From: an uncultured Acidobacteriota bacterium | GTDB lineage: Bacteria > Acidobacteriota > UBA6911 | Length of the DNA: 64,000 nt | Direction: 5' to 3' | NCBI GenBank assembly: GCA_963809485.1 | Contig: CAWEJX010000001.1 | Location: 480,001 to 544,000, forward strand | Shown here: piece by piece, positions 38,865 to 48,093 of the stretch | Layout: each line of letters begins with the position of its first letter | Position numbering within the stretch: the first letter of the stretch is position 1 | The notes under the pieces: generated by a model | What the model was told of the DNA's origin: nothing | Seen by the model: the letters and a program-made list of their open reading frames with translations, nothing else | Database searches by the model: none | Program-made: the position numbers and the translations under genes

Positions 38865-39836
38865 TCAGCGGACGTCAAAAAGCTCCTCCAGCACCGGCAT
38901 CTGCGAGGCACTTTGAAGTGCGGCCGCCAGATTGCGAAACCGGCCCGGAGTGCTTGCATTGAATTCGACGCGCAGGCCGGGTGTTTCGAAGAAAGGATCG
39001 GTGCTTATCTCGATGGCAGCGGGCAAACCCAGCGATTTCTTCTGCTCCATGAAATGCTCCGCCGCCCGCGCAAGTCTCGGATTACGCAGCCGGTAAAGCA
39101 CCTCATGCAGCCTCTCCCCTTTTTGAAAGGCGGACCAGTGCGTGTCGCTCAAGGCAGCCTGAATTTCGGCATTTTTAAGCGGTCCGGTCAACGGGACCTC
39201 TCCCATGGCTGCCAGTTCTTCCAGCAGGTTCAGGACCTTCCTTTGCATGCTGGCGCTCAGCCGTATTTTGTCCATCAGGGCAGCTACATCTGCCTGAACG
39301 GCCCAGGGCGTCCCAGCGAGATATTCCACGCTCCCCTGGGTAAGCCGCCCATCGAGGAGACACCGACGGATATCGGGATGAAGACTGTTCAGCGACATGC
39401 AGGATAGCAATACGCTTTCGCGGGGCGTCAAATCCAGGAGCGGAAGATAACGCTCCACGATCCTCTTCTCCGACAAGGCGCAAGTATGCCTCAGCTTGAG
39501 AAGCACGCGCGCCTTTTCAAGAAGATGCAGGCGCCGGTGCGAAAGGTTGTCCCATAAAGCCAGATCAAGGGCCTGGATGGGCTTGCACTCATTTTCGCTT
39601 AGAATTCGCGCGACAGCCGTGTTACCAAGCTGCTTCAGGGCTCTGAGACGCCGGAAACCGCACACAATGACCTTTCCCGGCTCCCGGTCCAACAGGCATA
39701 CAGGATTCAGCTGCCCGATTGCGCGCAGTGAATCCAAAATGGCGGCGGAATCAAGTTCTTCGCTAATCCTGAAACTTTCATCCGAGAAATCGATCTCTTC
39801 CAGAGGAATTTCTTTAAATGTCATGATGGGAAGCAT
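38865..39836 (-). CDS. ParB/Srx N-terminal-domain protein
   Basis: EIPLEEID...DSLRAIGQLNPVCL...IVCGFRRLRAL...DNLSHRRLHLLEKA. No adjacent parA. Confidence 0.72.
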   Translation of the reverse strand: MLPIMTFKEIPLEEIDFSDESFRISEELDSAAILDSLRAIGQLNPVCLLDREPGKVIVCGFRRLRALKQLGNTAVARILSENECKPIQALDLALWDNLSHRRLHLLEKARVLLKLRHTCALSEKRIVERYLPLLDLTPRESVLLSCMSLNSLHPDIRRCLLDGRLTQGSVEYLAGTPWAVQADVAALMDKIRLSASMQRKVLNLLEELAAMGEVPLTGPLKNAEIQAALSDTHWSAFQKGERLHEVLYRLRNPRLARAAEHFMEQKKSLGLPAAIEISTDPFFETPGLRVEFNASTPGRFRNLAAALQSASQMPVLEELFDVR

Positions 39837-39978
39837 AGCGAAATGGGGACCCGATTCACAACAGTTACCTCCATTCATTTGTTGTGTTTAAAGAGTGCTT
39901 TTGATATAAAAACGCCAGCATCATGTGGCGGAGGAAAGGCCTGTGCGGCATTCCCTCTTTTAACAAGGAGATCATGAT

Positions 39979-40974
39979 ATGAGCTGCCCCTCGGTTTCTT
40001 ACCTTTCGAAAACACTCCTTAGTGTTCTGTTTGGCGCGAGTCTGATGTTCACATCGAGCATCGTGCGTGCACAGGAACCCACAGAAGAGGAGTACAAGGC
40101 ATTACAGGATATCCAAGCTGAAAAGGACTCCGTTAAAAAGACGGACATGATTGTTAAGTTCCTCCGGGAAAAACCCAAAAGCAGTTACCGGCCGAACATA
40201 ACGGCCGAGTTCCAGAAAATCATTGTCAGTTTGCAGCAGGATAAAAAGTGGTCCCAGTTGATCGCGTTGGGCGACAAGTTTTATGATGTGGCGCCGGAGG
40301 ATACCTTTACGGTCTCAGCGCTTGCGGCGGCCTATTCCCAAACCGGAAACACCAAGGGATTTGCCACATTCGGGGAGAAGGCCTATGCGGCCAAGCCCAA
40401 TCCGCAACTCGCCCTGGCGATTGCAAAGGCCTACGCTCAACTGGGGAACGACGCAAAGTTCAATCAGTGGGGAGAAAAGGTCCTGGCATCCGATCCCGAT
40501 AACGTTGAGATCCTTGGGGATCTGACTCGAAGGGCCCTCACTGCGCAGAACATGACGCAGGCGGTAAAATATTCACGAATGATATTGAAGTCGTTGCCCA
40601 CCGCCAAGAAGCCTGAAGGCATGGATGAAGCAACCTGGAAAACCACTCAGAGCACTCTTTACGCCACGGCGTATGGCGCTCTGGGGGCCTCCGCTTACGA
40701 AAAAAAGAGCTACGCGGAAGCCATTAAAAATCTGGACAGCGGGGTCAAGTATTTCAAAAGAAACGAGATCGCGTACTATTACCTGGGCATGTCCTATTGG
40801 CAGCAAAACAAGCTGGATGCGGCCATGTTGAATTTTGCCAAGGCCTACCTGATCAAGGGATCCACGTCCGCAGCCGCGAAGAAGTATCTGGATCAGCTCT
40901 ATGCATCCAGCCACAGGGGTTCGACGGCCGGCGTGAATAAGGTAATCGAAAGAGCCCAGCAGGATCTGAAGTAG
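39979..40974 (+). CDS. Exported TPR-repeat protein
   Basis: Signal peptide (VRA-QE) and helical TPR repeats (AYGALGASAY, AYYYLGMSYWQQNKLDAAMLNFAKA). Confidence 0.75.
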   Translation: MSCPSVSYLSKTLLSVLFGASLMFTSSIVRAQEPTEEEYKALQDIQAEKDSVKKTDMIVKFLREKPKSSYRPNITAEFQKIIVSLQQDKKWSQLIALGDKFYDVAPEDTFTVSALAAAYSQTGNTKGFATFGEKAYAAKPNPQLALAIAKAYAQLGNDAKFNQWGEKVLASDPDNVEILGDLTRRALTAQNMTQAVKYSRMILKSLPTAKKPEGMDEATWKTTQSTLYATAYGALGASAYEKKSYAEAIKNLDSGVKYFKRNEIAYYYLGMSYWQQNKLDAAMLNFAKAYLIKGSTSAAAKKYLDQLYASSHRGSTAGVNKVIERAQQDLK

Positions 40975-41001
40975 CCTGTCCGGGAATTACCATCATCTTC
41001 G

Positions 41002-41050
41002 GCAACCACGACTTCGCTAAAGCCTTTTTTGCGGGGTCGTGGTTGCTTTT
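41002..41050 (+). terminator. Rho-independent terminator between convergent genes
   Basis: GCAACCACGACTTCGC / GCGGGGTCGTGGTTGC stem followed by TTTT. Confidence 0.7.
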
Positions 41051-41070
41051 GTCGTTTTAAGGGCAGATCT

Positions 41071-42417
41071 TTACAGCAGGTTGCGCTTCCGGGCTGAATA
41101 CTCCAGCTCTTCCCTGAATTTCGGATGCGCGATACCGATAAGGGATTGCGCGCGTTCCCGCACCGTCTTCCCGTGCAGATAAGCTGCGCCGAACTCCGTC
41201 ACCACATAATGCACGTCGCCTCTTGAAGTCACCACTCCCGCCCCTTCTTTGATGTGCGGGACTATCCGGCTGACGGTATCGTTGAGTGCCGTTGAGCGCA
41301 GAGCAATGATGGGCTTTCCCCCTTTGCTGCGCGCAGCGCCTCGCACGAAATCCACCTGTCCGCCGATCCCGCTGTAAAAGCTGTATCCGATGGAATCCGA
41401 GCAGACCTGCCCGGTCAAATCCACCTCGATAGCCGAATTGATCGCCACCTGCTTGTCGTTGCGGCTGATAACGAAGGGATCGTTGATGTACTGGGAGGGA
41501 TGGAATTCGAAAATCGGGTTATTGTTGATGAATTCGAACAAGCGCCGCGTACCGAGAACGAATCCGATCAGGATTTTCCCGATATGCAGCGTCTTTTTTT
41601 CATTGGTGATGATTCCCGTCTCAATCAGATCGATGACGCCGTCGCTTACCATTTCAGAATGGATGCCGAGATGTTTTTTTTCAGTCAGGTAACTCAGGAC
41701 GGCATCAGGAATTTCGCCGATTCCGAGCTGCAGCGTCGATCCGTCCTCGATCAGATCCGCGATGTATCGCCCGATACGCATCGCAATATCGGGCACATTC
41801 CCCATCGGGAATTCGACGAGGTCGTCCGCAACTTCGACCACAAAATGGATCTTGTTCAGATGGATGAAGGAATCTCCGAGGGCCCGCGGCATCTTGGGAT
41901 TGATCTGCGCAATCACGATGCGGGCGCATTCGGCCGCCGTCTTGGTGGTGTCCACGCCTACTCCAAAACTGCAAAACCCGTGCGCGTCCGGCGGCGAGAC
42001 GTGGATAAGCGCCACATCGATCGGCAGGGCGCCGGTGCTGAAAAGCGATTCGATCTCGCTCAGGAAAATGGGGACAAAATCAGCGCGCCCCTCATTGATG
42101 GCCTCCCGGACATTCGCCCCTGAAAAAAGGGCCACATGCCTGAAACTCTCCCCCATTTCAGGAAGCACGTAATCCGCAATGCCGCGAGTCAATATATGGA
42201 TCACCTTGACCTTTCGCAGTTTGTCCGCCCGGGCGACCATTGCGCGGACCAGTTGCTCGGGTTCTGCACACCCCGGGTGTATATAGACGCAATCCCCGCT
42301 GCGGATGACCTGGACGGCCTCCTCCGCAGTGCGGCGTTTGCTCACATATTTTTCCAGCCAGGTCGTGATCCGGACGGACGCATTTTTCCCTTCCATTCCC
42401 GGTATCGAGGTAGACAT
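41071..42417 (-). CDS. Acetyl-CoA hydrolase/transferase family protein (4-hydroxybutyrate CoA-transferase-like)
   Basis: DGSTLQLGIG.IP, LGIHSEM, NSAIEVDLTGQV, SGIGGQVDF and VVTEFG. Confidence 0.9.
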   Translation of the reverse strand: MSTSIPGMEGKNASVRITTWLEKYVSKRRTAEEAVQVIRSGDCVYIHPGCAEPEQLVRAMVARADKLRKVKVIHILTRGIADYVLPEMGESFRHVALFSGANVREAINEGRADFVPIFLSEIESLFSTGALPIDVALIHVSPPDAHGFCSFGVGVDTTKTAAECARIVIAQINPKMPRALGDSFIHLNKIHFVVEVADDLVEFPMGNVPDIAMRIGRYIADLIEDGSTLQLGIGEIPDAVLSYLTEKKHLGIHSEMVSDGVIDLIETGIITNEKKTLHIGKILIGFVLGTRRLFEFINNNPIFEFHPSQYINDPFVISRNDKQVAINSAIEVDLTGQVCSDSIGYSFYSGIGGQVDFVRGAARSKGGKPIIALRSTALNDTVSRIVPHIKEGAGVVTSRGDVHYVVTEFGAAYLHGKTVRERAQSLIGIAHPKFREELEYSARKRNLL

Positions 42418-42419
42418 AG

Positions 42420-43553
42420 TCAATCCTCACTCCCGGACTGGGCCAAAAGCAGATCGAGGCTGCTGTAGTCCCATCCGAGCAGGCTTGCGAGTCCCTGGTG
42501 CGTGCAATGGCCGGAGAAAAGATACACACCTCTTCGTAGAGCCGGGTTATTCCTGCAGGAGGCGCGTTGGTTTTCCGAAATATCTTCCACGAACGGGAGG
42601 AGGACATTGTTCAGCGCGTGCGATCCCGTGCGCGCCACGGAAGAGGGGATGTTGGGCACACAGTAGTGAGTGACGCCGTGTTTGGAAAATACGGGATCCG
42701 ACAGCGTGGTCGGCCGGCTGGTCTCCACGCAGCCCCCCTGATCGATGGACATATCAATGATGACACTGCCGGGCCGCATTTTGCGGACCATGGATTCGGT
42801 GACGACGTGCGGCGCTCTGCGTCCATGCACCATGACGGCGCCCAGAACAACATCGGCCGAAGTGACAAAGCGTTCTACGTCGTAGGGGGTTGCCAGAACA
42901 GTATTCACAGCCTTGTGGAGATAGGTGTCGATGAAACGAAGCCGTTTCAGGTCCTCGTCCATCACGGTCACGCTGGCGCCGTAGCCGGCAAATACCCGCG
43001 CCGCCGCAGATCCTGCCGTGCCGGCGCCCAAAATCACGACACGGGCAGCGGGAATCCCGGGCACGCCACCCAGCATGACGCCGCGGCCTCCGTGGGTCGT
43101 CTCCAGGAACCGCCCGGCGATCTGCGGAATCAGCGTGCCGGCAATTTCGCTCATCGCCTTTACGACCGGCAGGTGGTGATCCTCCTCCTCGATCAGTTCC
43201 AGTCCCACAGCGATTACGCGCTGGGCTCTCAGCGTGCTATGGGCTTCGGGATTAGCCGAGCCCAGGTGCACCGCGCTGATGATGTATTTGCTTTCGCCGA
43301 TCCAATGACACTCCTGCAAAGTCGGGGGCATTACTTTTACGAGCAGGTCCGCCCGCGCAAACACCTCCTCGGCTGAGAAGGCTATCGTGGCGCCGGCTTC
43401 CCGGTAGGATTCGGTTGTGAATCCGCAACCCGTGCCCGCATCGGATTGAACGATGGCCGTGTGCCCCGCCCTGGACAGCGAGTGCGCTCCAGCCGGCGTC
43501 AGGGCAACTCGGTGCTCCTCGTTCGAGCTTTCTCTCGGTATCCCGACAATCAT
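42420..43553 (-). CDS. ald: Alanine dehydrogenase
   Basis: MIVGIPRE...EHRVALTP, MSEIAG, GRGVMLGGVPG, IDQGGCVETSRPT and HYCVPNIP. ATG at 43553. Confidence 0.85.
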   Translation of the reverse strand: MIVGIPRESSNEEHRVALTPAGAHSLSRAGHTAIVQSDAGTGCGFTTESYREAGATIAFSAEEVFARADLLVKVMPPTLQECHWIGESKYIISAVHLGSANPEAHSTLRAQRVIAVGLELIEEEDHHLPVVKAMSEIAGTLIPQIAGRFLETTHGGRGVMLGGVPGIPAARVVILGAGTAGSAAARVFAGYGASVTVMDEDLKRLRFIDTYLHKAVNTVLATPYDVERFVTSADVVLGAVMVHGRRAPHVVTESMVRKMRPGSVIIDMSIDQGGCVETSRPTTLSDPVFSKHGVTHYCVPNIPSSVARTGSHALNNVLLPFVEDISENQRASCRNNPALRRGVYLFSGHCTHQGLASLLGWDYSSLDLLLAQSGSED

Positions 43554-43624
43554 TCGATGCCTCTCTTTCTGTACCGGGTGTCTCGGTGGCAAAGGAATAT
43601 CATCAATGGAAGTACATTTGCCCG

Positions 43625-44686
43625 TTACAGCTCCGGTTTCGGCGTATTGCTTGTGCTTTTCGGCAGAACCGGCGGCTTGATATATTCGGCCGGGATATTG
43701 CCGGTTAGTGTCTTCAGCCACGTAACGATGGAGCCGATTTGTTTTTCACTCAGGTTTTTGCCGAGCTGGTATTCACCCATCCTCGAGACCGCCTGCTCCA
43801 ATGTCTCGACCTTGCCGTTGTGGAAATAGGGTTTGGTCTCCGCGATGTTACGCAAACTTGGGACCTTAAACACCATGCGGTCGGCTTCATTTTTCGTGAC
43901 CTTCTCGCGGCCGGGATCAGCAGTGTCCGGGTAGGGCTTTGCTGCGCCGAGTTCCTGATACTGATCCCCGCCCAGGTATGCCCCCGCGTGGCAGATCTGG
44001 CATCCCGCTTCCACGAACGTGTTGAAACCGGCCTTTTCCGCATCAGTTAGCGCCTGAGCATCTCCCCGCAAAAACTGATCCCATCGGGAGGGCGTGATGA
44101 GTTTGCGCTCAAACGCCCCGATCGCCAGAGCCATGTTTTCAACGCTGACGGAGTTCCTATCTTCCGGAAAAGCCTTTTTGAATGCGTCGACATATCCTGG
44201 CATGGATTTAAGGACGGCAACTACCTTCCTTTCCGAAGGCATGGCCATCTCGACCGGGTTCATAACGGGGCCTTTGGCCTGCTCCTCAACATCGCGCGCA
44301 CGGCCGTCCCAGAACTGTACGAAGTGACCCGCAGCGTTATATACAGTTGGCGCGTTGCGGTCTCCTTTCTGCCCTTTGTGGCCGTCGGAAGTCGGCTGGT
44401 TGTCGACCCCATATTTGTCGAGCAAATGACAGGAATTGCATGATATGTCCTGACCTTTGGAAAGACGGGATTCGTAGTAAAGCATCCTTCCCAAAGCTAT
44501 TTTCGCTTCCGTAGCCGTATTCGTGCTTGAGGGCACAGAATCAGGCAGTGGCTGAAACAGCTTCAAGCTTGCCGGATCGACAGTCACAGCAGGAGCGGTT
44601 TTGGATTTGGGTTGTGTGCCACATCCGCTGGCTGACAAGACCATAATAGCAGCAGCCATTATAGGAACCAGGCATCTCATTCTCAT
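43625..44686 (-). CDS. ccp: Di-heme cytochrome c peroxidase (lipoprotein)
   Basis: CNSCH and CQICH, RNAPTVYNA, QFWDGRA, NPVEM and FKVPSLRN..T.PYFHNG. Lipobox ASGC. Confidence 0.9.
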   Translation of the reverse strand: MRMRCLVPIMAAAIMVLSASGCGTQPKSKTAPAVTVDPASLKLFQPLPDSVPSSTNTATEAKIALGRMLYYESRLSKGQDISCNSCHLLDKYGVDNQPTSDGHKGQKGDRNAPTVYNAAGHFVQFWDGRARDVEEQAKGPVMNPVEMAMPSERKVVAVLKSMPGYVDAFKKAFPEDRNSVSVENMALAIGAFERKLITPSRWDQFLRGDAQALTDAEKAGFNTFVEAGCQICHAGAYLGGDQYQELGAAKPYPDTADPGREKVTKNEADRMVFKVPSLRNIAETKPYFHNGKVETLEQAVSRMGEYQLGKNLSEKQIGSIVTWLKTLTGNIPAEYIKPPVLPKSTSNTPKPEL

Positions 44687-44808
44687 TGCGACCTCCAGGG
44701 AAGAACAGGTTTGTGCCTCAAATTAACAACCCGAAAATACAAAAGTCAAACGATAGCCGTATTTATCGGCCTTTCCGAACTCGCAACCTCTGCATTGATA
44801 TAGGACGC

Positions 44809-46932
44809 TCAATCCTTCACAAGACCCAGAGCTTGCCCAGCCGCGGCCAGAAGGGCTTCCGGGCCAACCGGCGATCCGGTTGCGCCCTTCATCCACAAAT
44901 CAGGCCCAATGCGTCCCTGGCGTGCGACACGCTCGAACTCGGGCCCGACCTTGCCCGCCTTCCTCATGTGTTCCTCCAGCTGGAACGCAATCATGTGCCC
45001 GATCGGGTAATCGGGCAGGTACAGATATGAATCGATCATGTGCGAGTAGATGCCGAGCAGCACAACATCTTTCTTCCGGAAAACCGGGGCATAGAACTGG
45101 TTCCAGACATCCTTGGAGATTTGCACAACGGCGTCGCGCAGCTGTCCGGGCGTAGCATCCGGATGCTCGTACATCCAGTGCCACGCGCGCATATCTACCA
45201 GGCTGACTCCGCAGATCTCGTAAGTCGCCCAGAAGTCGTTCAAAGCTTTGAGAGCTTCCGACTGCCGGTCGGGCGGCTGCAAACCGAGCAGTTCGAGATC
45301 GCGCCCCTGGAATACAAAAGCCAGCGCCTCGGTAAAGGCCGTATTCGGAACGCCATTCAGCGTGTAGTAGTCCATGGCGTTGAGCGAAAAGGTCTGCTCG
45401 ACATTATGCCCCAGCTCGTGGACCGCGATGTTGAAACCCTTATAATTCATCCCGCCTTTTTCCACCCGCGTGCGCAAATGGGCTTTGGCCTGGCGCATCG
45501 CAGCGCCCATGGCGTGCCCGGATCCGCGCGCAGGATCAACCGCGATGTTGTCGGCTGCGAATTTCGCGCGTTCCGGGGCAAAACCGAGCTTTTCCAGCAG
45601 GCGAGGAATATCCTTCTCGAAAGCCTGGGCCGTGGGATATCTTTGAGCCGTCAGCCTGTCCAATTCCGCTGCGTTGTATTTGACATTGGGCCGGAACCCA
45701 TTATACCAGATGTCAAAGGGCTCGAGCGGGCGGCCCAGACGCTTCTCTATAAGCGCGCCCACTCGGGGCGCCAGCGGTGAGGCAAGAACCTGTTCGAACA
45801 TTTTCCGCACGCGCTCCTCCGGCAGCTGGCGGTCCTCATTGAAGCGCCGCGCAATCAGGCTGGGCGCAGTCGGCGAATGGGGATCCGCAAGGTTGTGAGC
45901 CCGAAAAACCTCGAGCCAGCGAAGGTAGCGAGCGCCGGCCTCCGGCGCATTCGTGGCACCCCTGTCTACCGGAGCAAAATCCGAATCCTTTTCAGCAGCC
46001 GGCCGGACGTCGTTGGTTGCAGGCTGCCAGTCCAACTGGGGATTGTTAATGACAGAGGCCGGGATGGTTTGAGTTACGATGCGATCCATAACGTCTGCAA
46101 TCATACGCTGCTTGGCGAGTCCGTCCTTCAGGTCGCCGTAATCCGCCTTGATTTCATCGCGCAGGTTCCAGTGCGACAAAAGGCGCATCCCGGCGGGAAA
46201 AAGGCGGCGGCCCTGGGCATCCAGCAGGTGGTGCATCCAAATGTTGTACTCGGAAATGTACCGGCCTGCCTCGGCATCCGCCCTTGCGATAGCCAGATTC
46301 ACTTTTGCGGGAATCCGTTTCGAAAAGAACTCGGCAAGCCGCGTTTCAGCCCATTGCCGACGGCTCCATTTATCGCCGTCCGCCAGACGCTCATCCAGCG
46401 TCGTCAAGGGAAAATTCAAGAGAGCCACGAACGCCAGCTTGTTGTCAAAAAAGTCGTCGATCAGATGCGCGGAAGGATCGTATCCGCCAAAAATTTCATC
46501 GTAAGATTCAACGGGCCCCGCGTCGAGGTCCGCCTGCTGCCGGAATTCCCGGCCGATTTCCGTCATGTGACCCAAAGCCTGCTCCAGCAGCCGCTCGAAT
46601 CGGCCGAACATCGTGTCCAGCGAAGCCTGATCGCCCGCAAGGCTGCCTTTGATGAACTCCTCAAAAGCCTGCCGGTTGCCATCGGAATCCCGCCAGAAGC
46701 CTGAAACCTGCTTCAAACCGCGCCGGATGCGGGATCGCTGGGGATCACCATACCGGGCGGAGAGTTCAGATTCGAGTTTGTCTGAGGCCGTTTTGATCCA
46801 CGCAGGAGGGCCGGCGGGTTCAGACAGGGATTCCCTGCTCCCGGTTTGCGAATTGCTCATGCGTGACTCCTTCGAACATGACATAGCAAGAACCAATAGG
46901 AAACTAAACGCCAAAAGTTGCGCGTGTCGCAT
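44809..46932 (-). CDS. Conserved hypothetical lipoprotein with HEXXH...E zinc-peptidase signature
   Basis: ATG 46932, lipobox LAMSC, AVHELGHNVE and AFTEALA. Confidence 0.7.
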   Translation of the reverse strand: MRHAQLLAFSFLLVLAMSCSKESRMSNSQTGSRESLSEPAGPPAWIKTASDKLESELSARYGDPQRSRIRRGLKQVSGFWRDSDGNRQAFEEFIKGSLAGDQASLDTMFGRFERLLEQALGHMTEIGREFRQQADLDAGPVESYDEIFGGYDPSAHLIDDFFDNKLAFVALLNFPLTTLDERLADGDKWSRRQWAETRLAEFFSKRIPAKVNLAIARADAEAGRYISEYNIWMHHLLDAQGRRLFPAGMRLLSHWNLRDEIKADYGDLKDGLAKQRMIADVMDRIVTQTIPASVINNPQLDWQPATNDVRPAAEKDSDFAPVDRGATNAPEAGARYLRWLEVFRAHNLADPHSPTAPSLIARRFNEDRQLPEERVRKMFEQVLASPLAPRVGALIEKRLGRPLEPFDIWYNGFRPNVKYNAAELDRLTAQRYPTAQAFEKDIPRLLEKLGFAPERAKFAADNIAVDPARGSGHAMGAAMRQAKAHLRTRVEKGGMNYKGFNIAVHELGHNVEQTFSLNAMDYYTLNGVPNTAFTEALAFVFQGRDLELLGLQPPDRQSEALKALNDFWATYEICGVSLVDMRAWHWMYEHPDATPGQLRDAVVQISKDVWNQFYAPVFRKKDVVLLGIYSHMIDSYLYLPDYPIGHMIAFQLEEHMRKAGKVGPEFERVARQGRIGPDLWMKGATGSPVGPEALLAAAGQALGLVKD

Positions 46933-47099
46933 AATTCCTCCGCTCCGGGCTTTTCGGGCCTTAGGGCTTTGCGTTCCGGCCCGCCGACCTTGCATCTCCG
47001 CAATCCCAGAGCTCCCGGAACCGGGATTGCGGTTCGACCGCGTAAAGTAGCACCGCCGCGATCCATACTGCCACCGTTCCGGCGCTGACGACCCCATCG

Positions 47100-47831
47100 C
47101 TACTTCAGATCCCGGACCCGCACTTCAATTTCCTGGTTGCTCTTAAGCAGGTTTATTAGAGCCCCGGTGTCGGTGTCGCCGTAATGATAGGGATAGAGGA
47201 CTTTGGGGTTCATAGCCTTTGCGACATCGGCAACCTGGGCCGGAGTCATCGTGTAAGGCTGGTTCATGGGCAGAAAAGCTATATCGATATTTTGAAGGGC
47301 TTTTATTTCCGGAATATTTTCGGTGTCCCCTGCGAAGAAAACTCTCTTGTCGCCCAATGTCAGGATATAGCCATTTCCGTTGCCCTTGGGGTGAAATGGT
47401 TTTTCGAGATTGTAGGCAGGCACGGCCTCTATCCGGATCCCTGCGATATTTTTATTGTCGCCGTTTTTCATGACCGATGCATTGGGAAAGCTTTTAGCCG
47501 AATTCGCATTCATGATGAGCACTGTTTGGGCTGTGCTGCCGGCCTGGATGGCTTTGGCATCCAGGTGATCGCCGTGCTCGTGCGTCACCAGGATCACGTC
47601 CGCTTTGGGAAGTGCCGCATAATCCGCATACATTGAGACCGGATCGACGTGGATCACCTTGCCGCCATACTGCAGCATGAGGGTGCCATGGCCGACAAAG
47701 GTGATCTTCAGGTCACCGCCGGAGGTTTTATAGACATCCGACTGAAACCTGTTTTGCGCGTAGGCAGACAATACAAAAACGAAAACAAAAGCGGCTGCCA
47801 GAACACATTTGACAAGCATGGTGCCGTTCAT
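47100..47831 (-). CDS. Exported MBL-fold metallo-hydrolase
   Basis: THEHGDH, FAGDT, LPMN.PYTM and PYHY, with a signal peptide. Confidence 0.88.
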   Translation of the reverse strand: MNGTMLVKCVLAAAFVFVFVLSAYAQNRFQSDVYKTSGGDLKITFVGHGTLMLQYGGKVIHVDPVSMYADYAALPKADVILVTHEHGDHLDAKAIQAGSTAQTVLIMNANSAKSFPNASVMKNGDNKNIAGIRIEAVPAYNLEKPFHPKGNGNGYILTLGDKRVFFAGDTENIPEIKALQNIDIAFLPMNQPYTMTPAQVADVAKAMNPKVLYPYHYGDTDTGALINLLKSNQEIEVRVRDLK

Positions 47832-48093
47832 AGAAACCTCCCGATGGTTGTTGCGCTCAGGTATAAGGCATAGTAAACCACACAACGCAGTCGATTTGTT
47901 TTATTATCTCCAATAGGTTACGCTTTTGGGAAAAGCCTTTCATGCATCTGAGGCATGTGTGTCGCGTGGAGTAGAGCCCGTTTTCTTCGGATTTTGCAGA
48001 TCGAGGTCAGAATCGTCACCGGCTTATGCCTTAAAACGGCCGATAGCAGCCCCAGGCATGTTAGTGCCAATATAAAAAAGATGTGAGGAATCC

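Noticed and set aside
42420-43721. Extended alanine dehydrogenase N-terminus overlapping ccp
   Set aside because: Homology begins at MIVGIPRE (43553). The upstream part is incidental open frame.
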